Source: a virus
Direction: 5' to 3' (one strand)
IMG/VR virus record: IMGVR_UViG_3300025704_000001
DNA length: 61,451 nt
How positions within the stretch are numbered: the first letter of the stretch is position 1; every line of letters begins with the position of its first letter. Shown here piece by piece: positions 45,499 to 53,795 of this stretch. Both the position numbers and the translations under genes were made by a program. Below the pieces are notes generated by a model. That model had not been told where the DNA came from, searched no databases, and worked only from the letters and a program-made list of their open reading frames with translations.

Positions 45499-45828
45499 TT
45501 ACTTTACTTCATCTAGCTCAGACCTTTCACTTAGATGCCTAACATTTGCCGGCATATCGGTACTTTGAGACCAATAACCTCTTTTAATCCAACAAGGCAT
45601 TATAGACAATTTAGGTAACATTAAGTTTAATACCTCATCATGATTGTAAGTCACTTGAACAGACGGTTTAGTTTTCGTCGGTTTAGTATTAAAAGTTATG
45701 ATTTGGTTTCGACCTAACCATGATTTTCTTACTACAAAGTTTTTTCTTTCGATCGGTGGGAAGATTTGTAGTTTTTCTTCGTTAGACATTTTCGCAATCG
45801 CGTTGGTAATTAATTCTTGATTTGACAT
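45499..45828 (-). CDS. Hypothetical protein (109 aa).
   Basis: First ORF after class I copy 11. Confidence 0.6.
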   Translation of the reverse strand: MSNQELITNAIAKMSNEEKLQIFPPIERKNFVVRKSWLGRNQIITFNTKPTKTKPSVQVTYNHDEVLNLMLPKLSIMPCWIKRGYWSQSTDMPANVRHLSERSELDEVK

Positions 45829-45860
45829 AATTTTATATTTATTTAAGTTATTATTTGTTT

Positions 45861-45903
45861 GTTACATTTATATTATCGAATACTATTCGTGTTAAGTTTG
45901 TAA
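45861..45903 (-). promoter_or_regulatory. Class I early-region element, copy 11.
   Basis: gttacatttatattatcgaatactattcgtgttaagtttgtaa, 32 nt upstream of the ATG at 45828. Confidence 0.6.
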
Positions 45904-45943
45904 GTGTGTGTGCATCGTAAATGCTGTGCAAGCTATACACGGA

Positions 45944-46084
45944 TCACGATGAGGTTCCGAACGCTTCGATAGCTCTCATCATTCTGATCTGGTCTTCTGT
46001 CATCTGGACAGGTTCTGATTCGATTCGTGTGACCTGGACGTACTTGGTTCCGTCTGGTCTAGTCATTAGTTTACTTGTATACAT
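45944..46084 (-). CDS. Small hypothetical protein (46 aa).
   Basis: Hand-read MYTSKLMTRPDGTKYVQVTRIESEPVQMTEDQIRMMRAIEAFGTSS. The ATG lies 16 nt from class I copy 12. It is preferred over the antisense + ORF 45921..46175. Confidence 0.4.
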   Translation of the reverse strand: MYTSKLMTRPDGTKYVQVTRIESEPVQMTEDQIRMMRAIEAFGTSS

Positions 46085-46099
46085 ATTGTTTTATTATTT

Positions 46100-46144
46100 G
46101 TTATTCGTATATATTATCGGTGGTAATTCGTATTTTAGTTGTAA
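46100..46144 (-). promoter_or_regulatory. Class I early-region element, copy 12.
   Basis: gttattcgtatatattatcggtggtaattcgtattttagttgtaa. Confidence 0.5.
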
Positions 46145-46293
46145 ATTCCGAATGATACTGATGCGCCATTTGTGAAAGCATCGATCAAGATGGCCGTTGC
46201 ACACACGCATACGAATGCCGTGATGCCGTATACGATTGTTCCGATTGTTGCGTTAGTGATTGGATTGTGGTGGAATTTGTTTTGAGATTTCAT
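46135..46293 (-). CDS. Small membrane protein (52 aa).
   Basis: Hand-read MKSQNKFHHNPITNATIGTIVYGITAFVCVCATAILIDAFTNGASVSFGIYN. It has one clear hydrophobic helix. It is the first gene after class I copy 13. Confidence 0.45.
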   Translation of the reverse strand: MKSQNKFHHNPITNATIGTIVYGITAFVCVCATAILIDAFTNGASVSFGIYN

Positions 46294-46316
46294 AAGTATA
46301 ATATTTATTTGTTTTT

Positions 46317-46358
46317 GTTACACTTATATTATCGGTGTTAAATCGTATTATATTTGTA
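46317..46358 (-). promoter_or_regulatory. Class I early-region element, copy 13 (the outermost copy).
   Basis: gttacacttatattatcggtgttaaatcgtattatatttgta, 24 nt upstream of the ATG at 46293. Confidence 0.55.
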
Positions 46359-46368
46359 GTTGTATATA

Positions 46369-46490
46369 CTATACACGTTGTGCTGTAACCAGGACCGGGA
46401 CCGTGTGATGTGAGCCGTGTGCCAGTGAAAAAGCTAGGATCCTGCACGGAAAATAGTAGTTGCTGCTGTAATGCTATACACGTTGTGCTG
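46369..46490. repeat. Two copies of the 17-bp direct repeat ctatacacgttgtgctg (46369-46385 and 46474-46490), each followed by a related GC-rich tail.
   Basis: Exact 17-mer repeated 105 bp apart. The tails taaccaggaccgggaccgt and ggattatcctgaaccgtggaccgt are related. The region is far more GC-rich than its surroundings. Confidence 0.8.
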
Positions 46491-46656
46491 GGATTATCCT
46501 GAACCGTGGACCGTAAACGTAAAACGTAGGTGGGGGCTGGGTAAACGAAACGAGTTTGTGAATAAGGGGTAGCGTTGATATAGTATATTGCAACACAATG
46601 ACTATATATTTGCAACAAAAAATTTTTTACTATATTTTTTTTAAAGTATTGAAAAC

Positions 46657-46700
46657 GTGACAGTAGGTAGTTATATATAATAGTAACAGGCTATCGTCAC
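46657..46700. promoter_or_regulatory. Class II conserved element, copy c (GTGAC-N34-GTCAC).
   Basis: gtgacagtaggtagttatatataatagtaacaggctatcgtcac. It is followed by tagttttg (a TAnnTTTG-type box) and by the ATG at 46740. Confidence 0.5.
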
Positions 46701-46739
46701 ACTTTTAGTTTTGGATATAATTGCGTAATCATACTTCGT

Positions 46740-46985
46740 ATGGCACAGAAACTTTCAGCAACAGCAAGAAGAGACAAAGCAGCTAGGGATTTGGCGTTTG
46801 CTAAGACACCTGCTAGAAAAGCAAAAAAAGCGCACGCGCAGAGAGAAGCAAGAGCTAATCCATCTGCAGCTAAAGGCAAGGATTATGATCACAAAGATCA
46901 GAGATGGGAAACTCCTAGTAGGAACCGAAGTAATGACGGTGAAGGAACAAAGAAAGAAAGTGGTAAGAAGTACCGCACAGACTAA
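46740..46985 (+). CDS. Basic hypothetical protein (81 aa).
   Basis: First rightward ORF after the divergent control region. The alternative-frame ORF 46798..47007 is not excluded. Confidence 0.45.
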   Translation: MAQKLSATARRDKAARDLAFAKTPARKAKKAHAQREARANPSAAKGKDYDHKDQRWETPSRNRSNDGEGTKKESGKKYRTD

Positions 46986-46994
46986 TATAACAGC

Positions 46995-47705
46995 ATGGCA
47001 AGAATAAGTACATACCCAAAAGACATAGACGTTAATGATTACGATGCTTGGATTGGGACAAACTACCCAGACGGAGCTACTAAGCAGTTTACGGCTAAAG
47101 CTGTAGCTGATTACTTGAACACTAAGGGTAAGGTATCTATATCTGCTCAGATGGTCTTTAGGTATTGGACAAATAACCCCTTAAATACGCAAGTACCAGG
47201 GACCGGAGACTTTTATGGGCCTGCAGCTAGCTCACCTATAGCAGGTATAACAACGATGCAGTTATCTAAGAACGATGTTTCAGGTCAAAACGTAGTTGCT
47301 TTTATGGATTACATAGTGGGTAGCCATATACTCGTAAGTCAGCAGAACGAAATAAGTATTTTTGGACACTTTTTGATTGATAGCTACACTATTAATGACC
47401 CAGATGATGATTTTTATACACTAAATTTGACTAGTGTCGCTGGCAATGGTAACTTAACAGAATTACTGTACTACAATTTCGCAATATTTACCCCATCAGC
47501 CTTAATTAATGATAAAAACTTTGTGTTTTCACAGAATGTAGCTTCTGCTACGTGGACAGTTCAACATAACTTAGACAAATTCCCATCATGTACTATGGTT
47601 TTATCCACAGGGCAGCAAGGATTTGGAGATGTAACCTTTATAGACGAAAATAACTTAACAATAACCTTTGCCTCAGCCGAAACCGGTAAGGCTTATATAA
47701 ACTAA
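46995..47705 (+). CDS. Structural/tail-fibre-associated protein (236 aa).
   Basis: ORF heading the tail-fibre cluster. Confidence 0.6.
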   Translation: MARISTYPKDIDVNDYDAWIGTNYPDGATKQFTAKAVADYLNTKGKVSISAQMVFRYWTNNPLNTQVPGTGDFYGPAASSPIAGITTMQLSKNDVSGQNVVAFMDYIVGSHILVSQQNEISIFGHFLIDSYTINDPDDDFYTLNLTSVAGNGNLTELLYYNFAIFTPSALINDKNFVFSQNVASATWTVQHNLDKFPSCTMVLSTGQQGFGDVTFIDENNLTITFASAETGKAYIN

Positions 47706-47708
47706 AGC

Positions 47709-48974
47709 ATGGCAATACCATTTTTAAATAACATTACTCTCAATAACAACGAGATACAAAACGTAAGATTGCATAACACCGGCACATCAAACGCTGCTGC
47801 AGGTCAAATATTCTTTAACACAGGCATAAACTTAGCTCAGTACTACGCAAACGGGGTAGACGAATGGGTTACCTTAAAAGAATACTCTTTTGGAAACGGA
47901 ACGTATATTAATGCTAACGTAACCGGCACCGCAGCTAAACCTATTATAACTCCAGATCTTTCAGCCACTGGAACACCTGATTTAACAACGTATCTAAGAG
48001 GAGACAATACTTGGTCACCTATAAGTGGTATATCTGGTACTACCTATGACTTAGGTAGCTCTCAAGCTGGAGCTAACGCAGCTGTAACATTAACCGGATC
48101 TGACGCAACACTAGACACTATTACGTTTGTTGCTGGTACAAATATAACGATCACTGATGATGGATCTAACAATATAACTATAGACTCAGCTAACCCTGAC
48201 CAAACTATAGAACTAACAGGTGAAGTAACTGGGTCTGGAACAACTTCAATATCAACAACAGTTGCTAATAACGTTTTGGATGTAGCTAATTTCAATGCAT
48301 CGGCTATTGTAACAGTTGCAGAGGGAATTGAAAACAACGACAATGACACAACTCTGCCAACCTCAGCTGCTGTAAAAGCTTATGCTGACAGTTTAATTGT
48401 AGGTGGTTTAATTTATCAAGGAGGTTTTGATGGATCTACAGGTTTTGTAACTGGAACAAGTAATTATTTGGATAGTAGAGGTACTCAAATAGCAGTAAAT
48501 AAAGGTTGGACGTATACAGTTACAACTGCAGGTACCTTTTATGGTGAAGTAGTTGAAGTAGGTGATGTTCTTATAGCAGAAGATGACCTAGCGTCTGGAA
48601 CTGGAGCGTTAACTGATTGGACAACTGTTCAAAACAACGTCGACCTTGCTAGTTTAACACAAGTAGGTATTGGTAATGTGAATGCTGGAACAGGTATTGA
48701 CGTTAGTTATGCTTCAGGTACAGCTACGGTTTCATTGACAGCTACAGCCGCTAGGTCAGGAAGTATTGCGGTTCCTACTTCGGGCACTTATACGTATCCA
48801 AATAATATAACTTCTACAGGTGGAACTAACAGTGTTTTAATACAACTAGTTGACGGAGGCACAAGTGAAACTGTTTATGCGGACGTAACTAGAGTATCAC
48901 CAACAACGTTCTCTGTTGATTACGCGGTAGCTGAACCAACAAATGTTATTGCATTGATTCAGTTGATAGGTTAA
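47709..48974 (+). CDS. Tail fibre-like protein (421 aa, G/T/S/A-rich).
   Basis: Fibrous composition. Lies next to the S74-containing fibre gene. Confidence 0.6.
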   Translation: MAIPFLNNITLNNNEIQNVRLHNTGTSNAAAGQIFFNTGINLAQYYANGVDEWVTLKEYSFGNGTYINANVTGTAAKPIITPDLSATGTPDLTTYLRGDNTWSPISGISGTTYDLGSSQAGANAAVTLTGSDATLDTITFVAGTNITITDDGSNNITIDSANPDQTIELTGEVTGSGTTSISTTVANNVLDVANFNASAIVTVAEGIENNDNDTTLPTSAAVKAYADSLIVGGLIYQGGFDGSTGFVTGTSNYLDSRGTQIAVNKGWTYTVTTAGTFYGEVVEVGDVLIAEDDLASGTGALTDWTTVQNNVDLASLTQVGIGNVNAGTGIDVSYASGTATVSLTATAARSGSIAVPTSGTYTYPNNITSTGGTNSVLIQLVDGGTSETVYADVTRVSPTTFSVDYAVAEPTNVIALIQLIG

Positions 48975-48990
48975 TAATTAAATAAAATAG

Positions 48991-51336
48991 ATGAAATTTA
49001 AAAACTACATAGAGGTACAATCTGGTGTTAAGGACAACAATGCGTCATCTGGTACGCCTGGTCAAATATTGTCGTCCACACAGACAGGTGTAGAATGGAT
49101 AAATCAAGACGCTATATCTTCGTCTTCTAACTTTGTTTACTTTTCAGTTAAAAATGAAACTGGCACTACTATACCAAGAGGAGCTGGTGTAATGGCTGTT
49201 GGTACTGACGGCAACTCTGGTCACATACTTATCGATGAGTTTATTGCTGATGGTAGTGTAGAACCTAAGTACTTCCTTGGTTTAATGGAAGACTCTATAG
49301 CTAATGGAGCTTTTGGTAGAGCTGTTTCATTCGGGGAGATAGATCAAATAAATACAAACGCTTTTTCTGACGGCGATGTTCTATGGACGGATCCAGCAGT
49401 TCCTGGCGGTTTAACAACCACAGAACCAGATGGTCCAAACACAAAGCTTGCTGTAGCTATAGTTTTAAACTCTTCTACTAATGGTAAAGTTTTCTGTAGA
49501 GTTCAAGGGAATGAAGGTGTTAACGATTTGCACGACACTAAGATAGTAAACCAGGTAGATGGTGATGTTTTGGTTTGGGATAATACTACAGGTGTCTGGT
49601 TTAACGATAGCACGTTGAATGTTGATTATACTAACGGTAGAGTTGGTATCGGAACGACTAGCCCTAACTATCCTTTAGAGGTTGTTGGAAAGTCTGCCTC
49701 TAGTGATGGGTTTCATAAAACAGGTTCACAAGGAGTTATTTTATCAGCAGGATCTGGAGCAGATACAGCTGTGATATCTAACGGATGGACAAGTGGAGTT
49801 GGAGACTGGATGAGATTAGAAGTTCCCTCAGCTGACGACGAAGGAGGGATTATTCAATTAAATTCTAACGGTAACGTCGGGATCGGAACGACTAGTCCTG
49901 TGGTAGAGTTAGATGTTCAGGGTAGCATATTCACCAGGGGAGGTCTTTACTTTACCCCTAATGGATCTACGTCTAGTGTACCAACCTGGGGTATGCTGTT
50001 GAATGCAGCAGGTGACTTAGTTATAGACGACACAACTGGTCCGCAGAATGTTATATTTTCTAATTCTGGTAACGTCGGTATCGGGACGACTAGTCCTAAT
50101 CAAAAACTGCACGTAAATGGAGGGACTCAGTTAGGTGATTTTAACGCTACAACTAATTTCGGAACGGTAGCATTAAAAGTTGTAGAGGGAACTGTGGCTA
50201 CAGGGCCAACATTAGGATCAGGCACTGTAGGTGCTCAAGCGGTGTTATACTCAAATGGGCAATTTGGCATGTACACAGGAGTAAGCAATAATGGAGATAC
50301 TTGGATGCAGTCTCAAAGAAATGATACAGGCACTTCTACTTACAATATACTTTTAAATCCAGCAGGCGGGAACGTCGGGATTGGAACGACTAGTCCATCA
50401 GCTAAATTATCAGTAAAAAGTAGTGGCACAAACAATTGGGTTTTTAGAGCAACGGCTTCTGACGGTGGAGACTTAGGCGGTATTTACGAAGACGGTGGAA
50501 CCAACGCCGAGCTATATATTAAAAATAGCGCTGGAACATCTTCTGTATTAATAAACAGTAGTGGAGACTCTTATTTCAATGGTGGCAACGTTGGTATCGG
50601 AACAACTAGTCCTACGACCAATTACAGTAAAGTTCTACAAATCAACGCTGCGGGAAATGGGTCAACATTAAGATTAACTGACGTAGGAAGCGGCTCTGCA
50701 GTAGGCAGCGGCTTAGAACTATTACAATATGGAGTGGATTCTTATATTATAAATAGAGAAAACGGGGTAATGCGTTTTTGGAATAATAGTAGTTCAAAAA
50801 TGGTTATTTTAGCCAACGGCAACGTTGGTATAGGAACTACTAGTCCTAGCCAAAATTTGCATGTTGTTGGAATTTCCGGAGCTACAACTGGTCTTCAAAT
50901 AATAAACAGTTATGGTAGTCCAACTATCAACGCTTATTATAACTCTTTTACAACAAGTGCTTCACTTTATGTTGGTACTCCGTTTTCTGGGCTAAGCTGT
51001 AATGCATCTGCTTTTAATATAACTTCAGATTACAGATTAAAAGAAAATATTATTGAATTAACAGGAGCTATAAGTAAAATAAAAAATTTAAGACCTGTTA
51101 GATTTAATTATAAAAACAAAGAAGAAACTATAAATGGATTTATAGCACACGAGGTTCAGGATGTTGTTCCGGAAGCGGTAACAGGTGAAAAAGACGCTTT
51201 ATATGAAGATGGTAAAGAAAAATATCAAGGATTAGATAATGGTAAATTAGTACCTTTACTAACAGCTGCTTTACAGCAAGCTATAGGTAAAATAGAAGAA
51301 TTAGAGTTAAGAATACAAACGTTAGAAAATAAATAA
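48991..51336 (+). CDS. Tail fibre/spike (781 aa) with six G(N/R)VGIGTTSP repeats and a C-terminal intramolecular chaperone (peptidase S74) domain.
   Basis: There are six repeats. The C-terminus SDYRLKENI...FIAHEVQDVVPEAV...LVPLL matches the S74 autoproteolytic chaperone pattern. Confidence 0.8.
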   Translation: MKFKNYIEVQSGVKDNNASSGTPGQILSSTQTGVEWINQDAISSSSNFVYFSVKNETGTTIPRGAGVMAVGTDGNSGHILIDEFIADGSVEPKYFLGLMEDSIANGAFGRAVSFGEIDQINTNAFSDGDVLWTDPAVPGGLTTTEPDGPNTKLAVAIVLNSSTNGKVFCRVQGNEGVNDLHDTKIVNQVDGDVLVWDNTTGVWFNDSTLNVDYTNGRVGIGTTSPNYPLEVVGKSASSDGFHKTGSQGVILSAGSGADTAVISNGWTSGVGDWMRLEVPSADDEGGIIQLNSNGNVGIGTTSPVVELDVQGSIFTRGGLYFTPNGSTSSVPTWGMLLNAAGDLVIDDTTGPQNVIFSNSGNVGIGTTSPNQKLHVNGGTQLGDFNATTNFGTVALKVVEGTVATGPTLGSGTVGAQAVLYSNGQFGMYTGVSNNGDTWMQSQRNDTGTSTYNILLNPAGGNVGIGTTSPSAKLSVKSSGTNNWVFRATASDGGDLGGIYEDGGTNAELYIKNSAGTSSVLINSSGDSYFNGGNVGIGTTSPTTNYSKVLQINAAGNGSTLRLTDVGSGSAVGSGLELLQYGVDSYIINRENGVMRFWNNSSSKMVILANGNVGIGTTSPSQNLHVVGISGATTGLQIINSYGSPTINAYYNSFTTSASLYVGTPFSGLSCNASAFNITSDYRLKENIIELTGAISKIKNLRPVRFNYKNKEETINGFIAHEVQDVVPEAVTGEKDALYEDGKEKYQGLDNGKLVPLLTAALQQAIGKIEELELRIQTLENK
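49636..50847 (+). repeat. Six in-frame 30-nt repeats (ggtaacgtcggnatcggaacgactagtcct) inside the tail-fibre gene.
   Basis: Copies start at 49636, 49870, 50068, 50368, 50584 and 50818. All spacings are multiples of 3. Confidence 0.9.
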
Positions 51337-51354
51337 ATAAACAAAACAAGAATT

Positions 51355-51717
51355 ATGACTACTTACAACTGGAATTGCAAAACAGTGGATGCTTACCCAC
51401 AGAATGGAGAATACGCAGACTTAGTGTATAATGTACACTGGATTGTTACTGGTGTATCAGATGAATTGAATCCAGAAGGTATTGCTTATTCAGTAACTAG
51501 CATTGGAACGCAGACACTAGACGTTAGTGATGTAACAGATTTTATACCGTTTGAGGATTTAACAAACGAACAAGTTGTTACCTGGACAAAAGGAGCTATG
51601 GGAGAAGAGCAAGTTGCTTCTATTGAAGCTAGTATCCAATCTCAGATTAATTCTTTGATTACACCTACCACGGTTACTTTAACTATTGGAGAACCAGTGC
51701 CAGTAATTGAATATTAA
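51355..51717 (+). CDS. Hypothetical protein (120 aa).
   Basis: ORF after the tail-fibre gene. Confidence 0.6.
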   Translation: MTTYNWNCKTVDAYPQNGEYADLVYNVHWIVTGVSDELNPEGIAYSVTSIGTQTLDVSDVTDFIPFEDLTNEQVVTWTKGAMGEEQVASIEASIQSQINSLITPTTVTLTIGEPVPVIEY

Positions 51718-51719
51718 GT

Positions 51720-52172
51720 ATGGTAAGAAAAAAGTTTAAAGACACTAAAGTAGGACAGTTCTTGCTAGGTAAATCAGGGGTGGTGAATTCTATAGCAAAT
51801 GTTTTGCCGGATAAAGGATTGCTTGGTTTAGTGAAGAACCTTATAACTAGCGACAAGGAATTATCTCCTGTAGATAAAGAAACTGCACTTAAGCTATTAG
51901 AACAAGATATGGTTGAAATGCAAGAAGTGAGTAAAAGGTGGCAAGCGGATATGTTGTCCGATTCTTGGCTTTCTAAAAACACTAGACCGTTAAGCTTAAT
52001 ATTTTTAACGGTTATGACTATAGCTTTGATTTGGGTTGATAGTAATAACTACGTGGATTTTACAGTAAGCGAAGAATGGATAAGTTTGCTAAAAACTCTT
52101 ACAATGACGGTGTATGTTGCTTATTTTGGATCAAGAGGAGCTGAAAAAGTAGGAAGTATAGTAAGAAAGTAA
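51720..52172 (+). CDS. Membrane protein (150 aa), a holin-like candidate.
   Basis: Soluble N-terminal half, then hydrophobic segments PLSLIFLTVMTIALIWV and LTMTVYVAYFG. Confidence 0.45.
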   Translation: MVRKKFKDTKVGQFLLGKSGVVNSIANVLPDKGLLGLVKNLITSDKELSPVDKETALKLLEQDMVEMQEVSKRWQADMLSDSWLSKNTRPLSLIFLTVMTIALIWVDSNNYVDFTVSEEWISLLKTLTMTVYVAYFGSRGAEKVGSIVRK

Positions 52173-52229
52173 ATAAACCACGTAATAATAACCTTAACAT
52201 TCAAATTAAATCAAACTAAATTAAATCAA

Positions 52230-53795
52230 ATGGAATTCAATTTACCAAGTCAGATCGTAAAAGATCTAAGTTTCGGAAACGAAGGTAGAAATAAAATAAT
52301 GTCCGGCGTTGATAAATTAGCAAGCGCAGTAAAGTCCACTTTAGGGGCTTCTGGAAAATGCGTAATATACGAAGACGCTATGGGCCGACCGGTTATAACA
52401 AAAGACGGAGTAACCGTTGCAGAAAGCGTAGTCTTAATGGATCCGGTCGAAAATATAGGTGCAACCCTTATAAAGGAAGCAGCGAGTAATACCGTTAGAG
52501 AAGCAGGTGATGGTACTACAACAGCTACTGTAATAGCTCACTCTCTATTAACTAATATAAACGAATACAAAGGTGAAGAACAAATTAGAGATATTAAAAG
52601 AAGCGTTGACGAATGTCTTGAAGAAGTTACTAATTATCTTGATAACACCAGGATTGAAGTTGAGGGTGATATGCTACAGCAAGTTGCTTACATTAGCTGT
52701 AACAATGACGCTGAGCTTGGAGACAAAATTGGCGAAGCATTCGAAAGAGTTGGAAAGACTGGAGTCGTTTTAATGGAGGATTCTGACACAAATGAAACGC
52801 ATGTTGAGTTTGTTGAAGGAACTCAGTTTGAATCAGGTATAAAGTCATCACACTTATTAACAGACAAAGATAAAGGAGTTGCTGTACTGGAAGAACCGTT
52901 GGTCTTAATAGTTAGTTCACCTGTGCCTAATATACGTAGAATCCAAAATATATTGGAACATGTGGTTAAAACCAAACGTAGTTTGTTAATAATCGCTCCG
53001 CTAGAGCAACAGCCTTTTGCGACGTTATTAGCTAATAAAGTAAAGGGTAATATAAAGGTCAACATTGTAGACCCTCCAGGGTTTGGACCAACTAAAGCTG
53101 ATACACTAGAAGACTTAGCTATCCTAACAGGCGCCACGGTCGTAGATGAAGAGCTTGGTGACGACTTAGACCTTTTAGATATTAATGTACTAGGCGAAGT
53201 TTTAAAGTCCGTTACAGACGCTAAAAACACGATATTGCAAATTAAAGATACCACCTTAGATTTAACAGAACGAATAGAAGAAGTTAAAACTAAGATTGAT
53301 AAAGAGACCAACGCTTATATCAAGATGAAACTAGAGAAGAGATTGTCTATGTTAACCGGTAAGGTTGGTGTTATTTATGTAGGTGCTGATTCAGCAGTTG
53401 AACTAAAAGAAAAGAAAGATCGAGTAGATGATGCTCTCCACGCTACGAAAGCAGCCTTAATGGAAGGAATAGTAGCGGGTGGCGGTATTGCATTATTAAA
53501 TGCGTCAAACAAGATCAAGCCTAAGAATGACGGGTATAAGTTATTATTAGATTCTATTAAAGCTCCTTTCTACACTATATTAGATAATGCTGGTATTGTT
53601 GAAATTAAAAAGCAAACAATTAAGAATAGAGGTATTGACGTTAAAACAGGTAAAGAAGTTAATATGATTAAAGCTGGTATTATAGATCCAGTATTAGTTA
53701 CAAAGTCAGCGTTAAAGAATGCGGTTAGTGTGGTAAAGACTATTATATCCGCAGATTGTATAATCTCAAATGTAAGATCCCTTGAACGCAGTTAA
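52230..53795 (+). CDS. groEL: GroEL-family chaperonin (Cpn60), 521 aa.
   Basis: ITKDGVTVA, the ATP-site motif EAGDGTTTATV, and EGIVAGGG. The size is near full length. Confidence 0.85.
   Translation: MEFNLPSQIVKDLSFGNEGRNKIMSGVDKLASAVKSTLGASGKCVIYEDAMGRPVITKDGVTVAESVVLMDPVENIGATLIKEAASNTVREAGDGTTTATVIAHSLLTNINEYKGEEQIRDIKRSVDECLEEVTNYLDNTRIEVEGDMLQQVAYISCNNDAELGDKIGEAFERVGKTGVVLMEDSDTNETHVEFVEGTQFESGIKSSHLLTDKDKGVAVLEEPLVLIVSSPVPNIRRIQNILEHVVKTKRSLLIIAPLEQQPFATLLANKVKGNIKVNIVDPPGFGPTKADTLEDLAILTGATVVDEELGDDLDLLDINVLGEVLKSVTDAKNTILQIKDTTLDLTERIEEVKTKIDKETNAYIKMKLEKRLSMLTGKVGVIYVGADSAVELKEKKDRVDDALHATKAALMEGIVAGGGIALLNASNKIKPKNDGYKLLLDSIKAPFYTILDNAGIVEIKKQTIKNRGIDVKTGKEVNMIKAGIIDPVLVTKSALKNAVSVVKTIISADCIISNVRSLERS

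Noticed and set aside
45921-46175. An 84-aa plus-strand ORF inside the leftward early region.
   Set aside because: It is antisense to a 46-aa ORF that is correctly spaced from class I copy 12. It also runs across that regulatory element, and no rightward signal precedes it.
46253-46618. A 121-aa minus-strand ORF in the divergent control region.
   Set aside because: It would run through class I copy 13 and overlap the promoter-proximal 52-aa membrane ORF in another frame. It spans the direct repeats and has odd composition. It is probably non-coding, but a homology search should confirm this.
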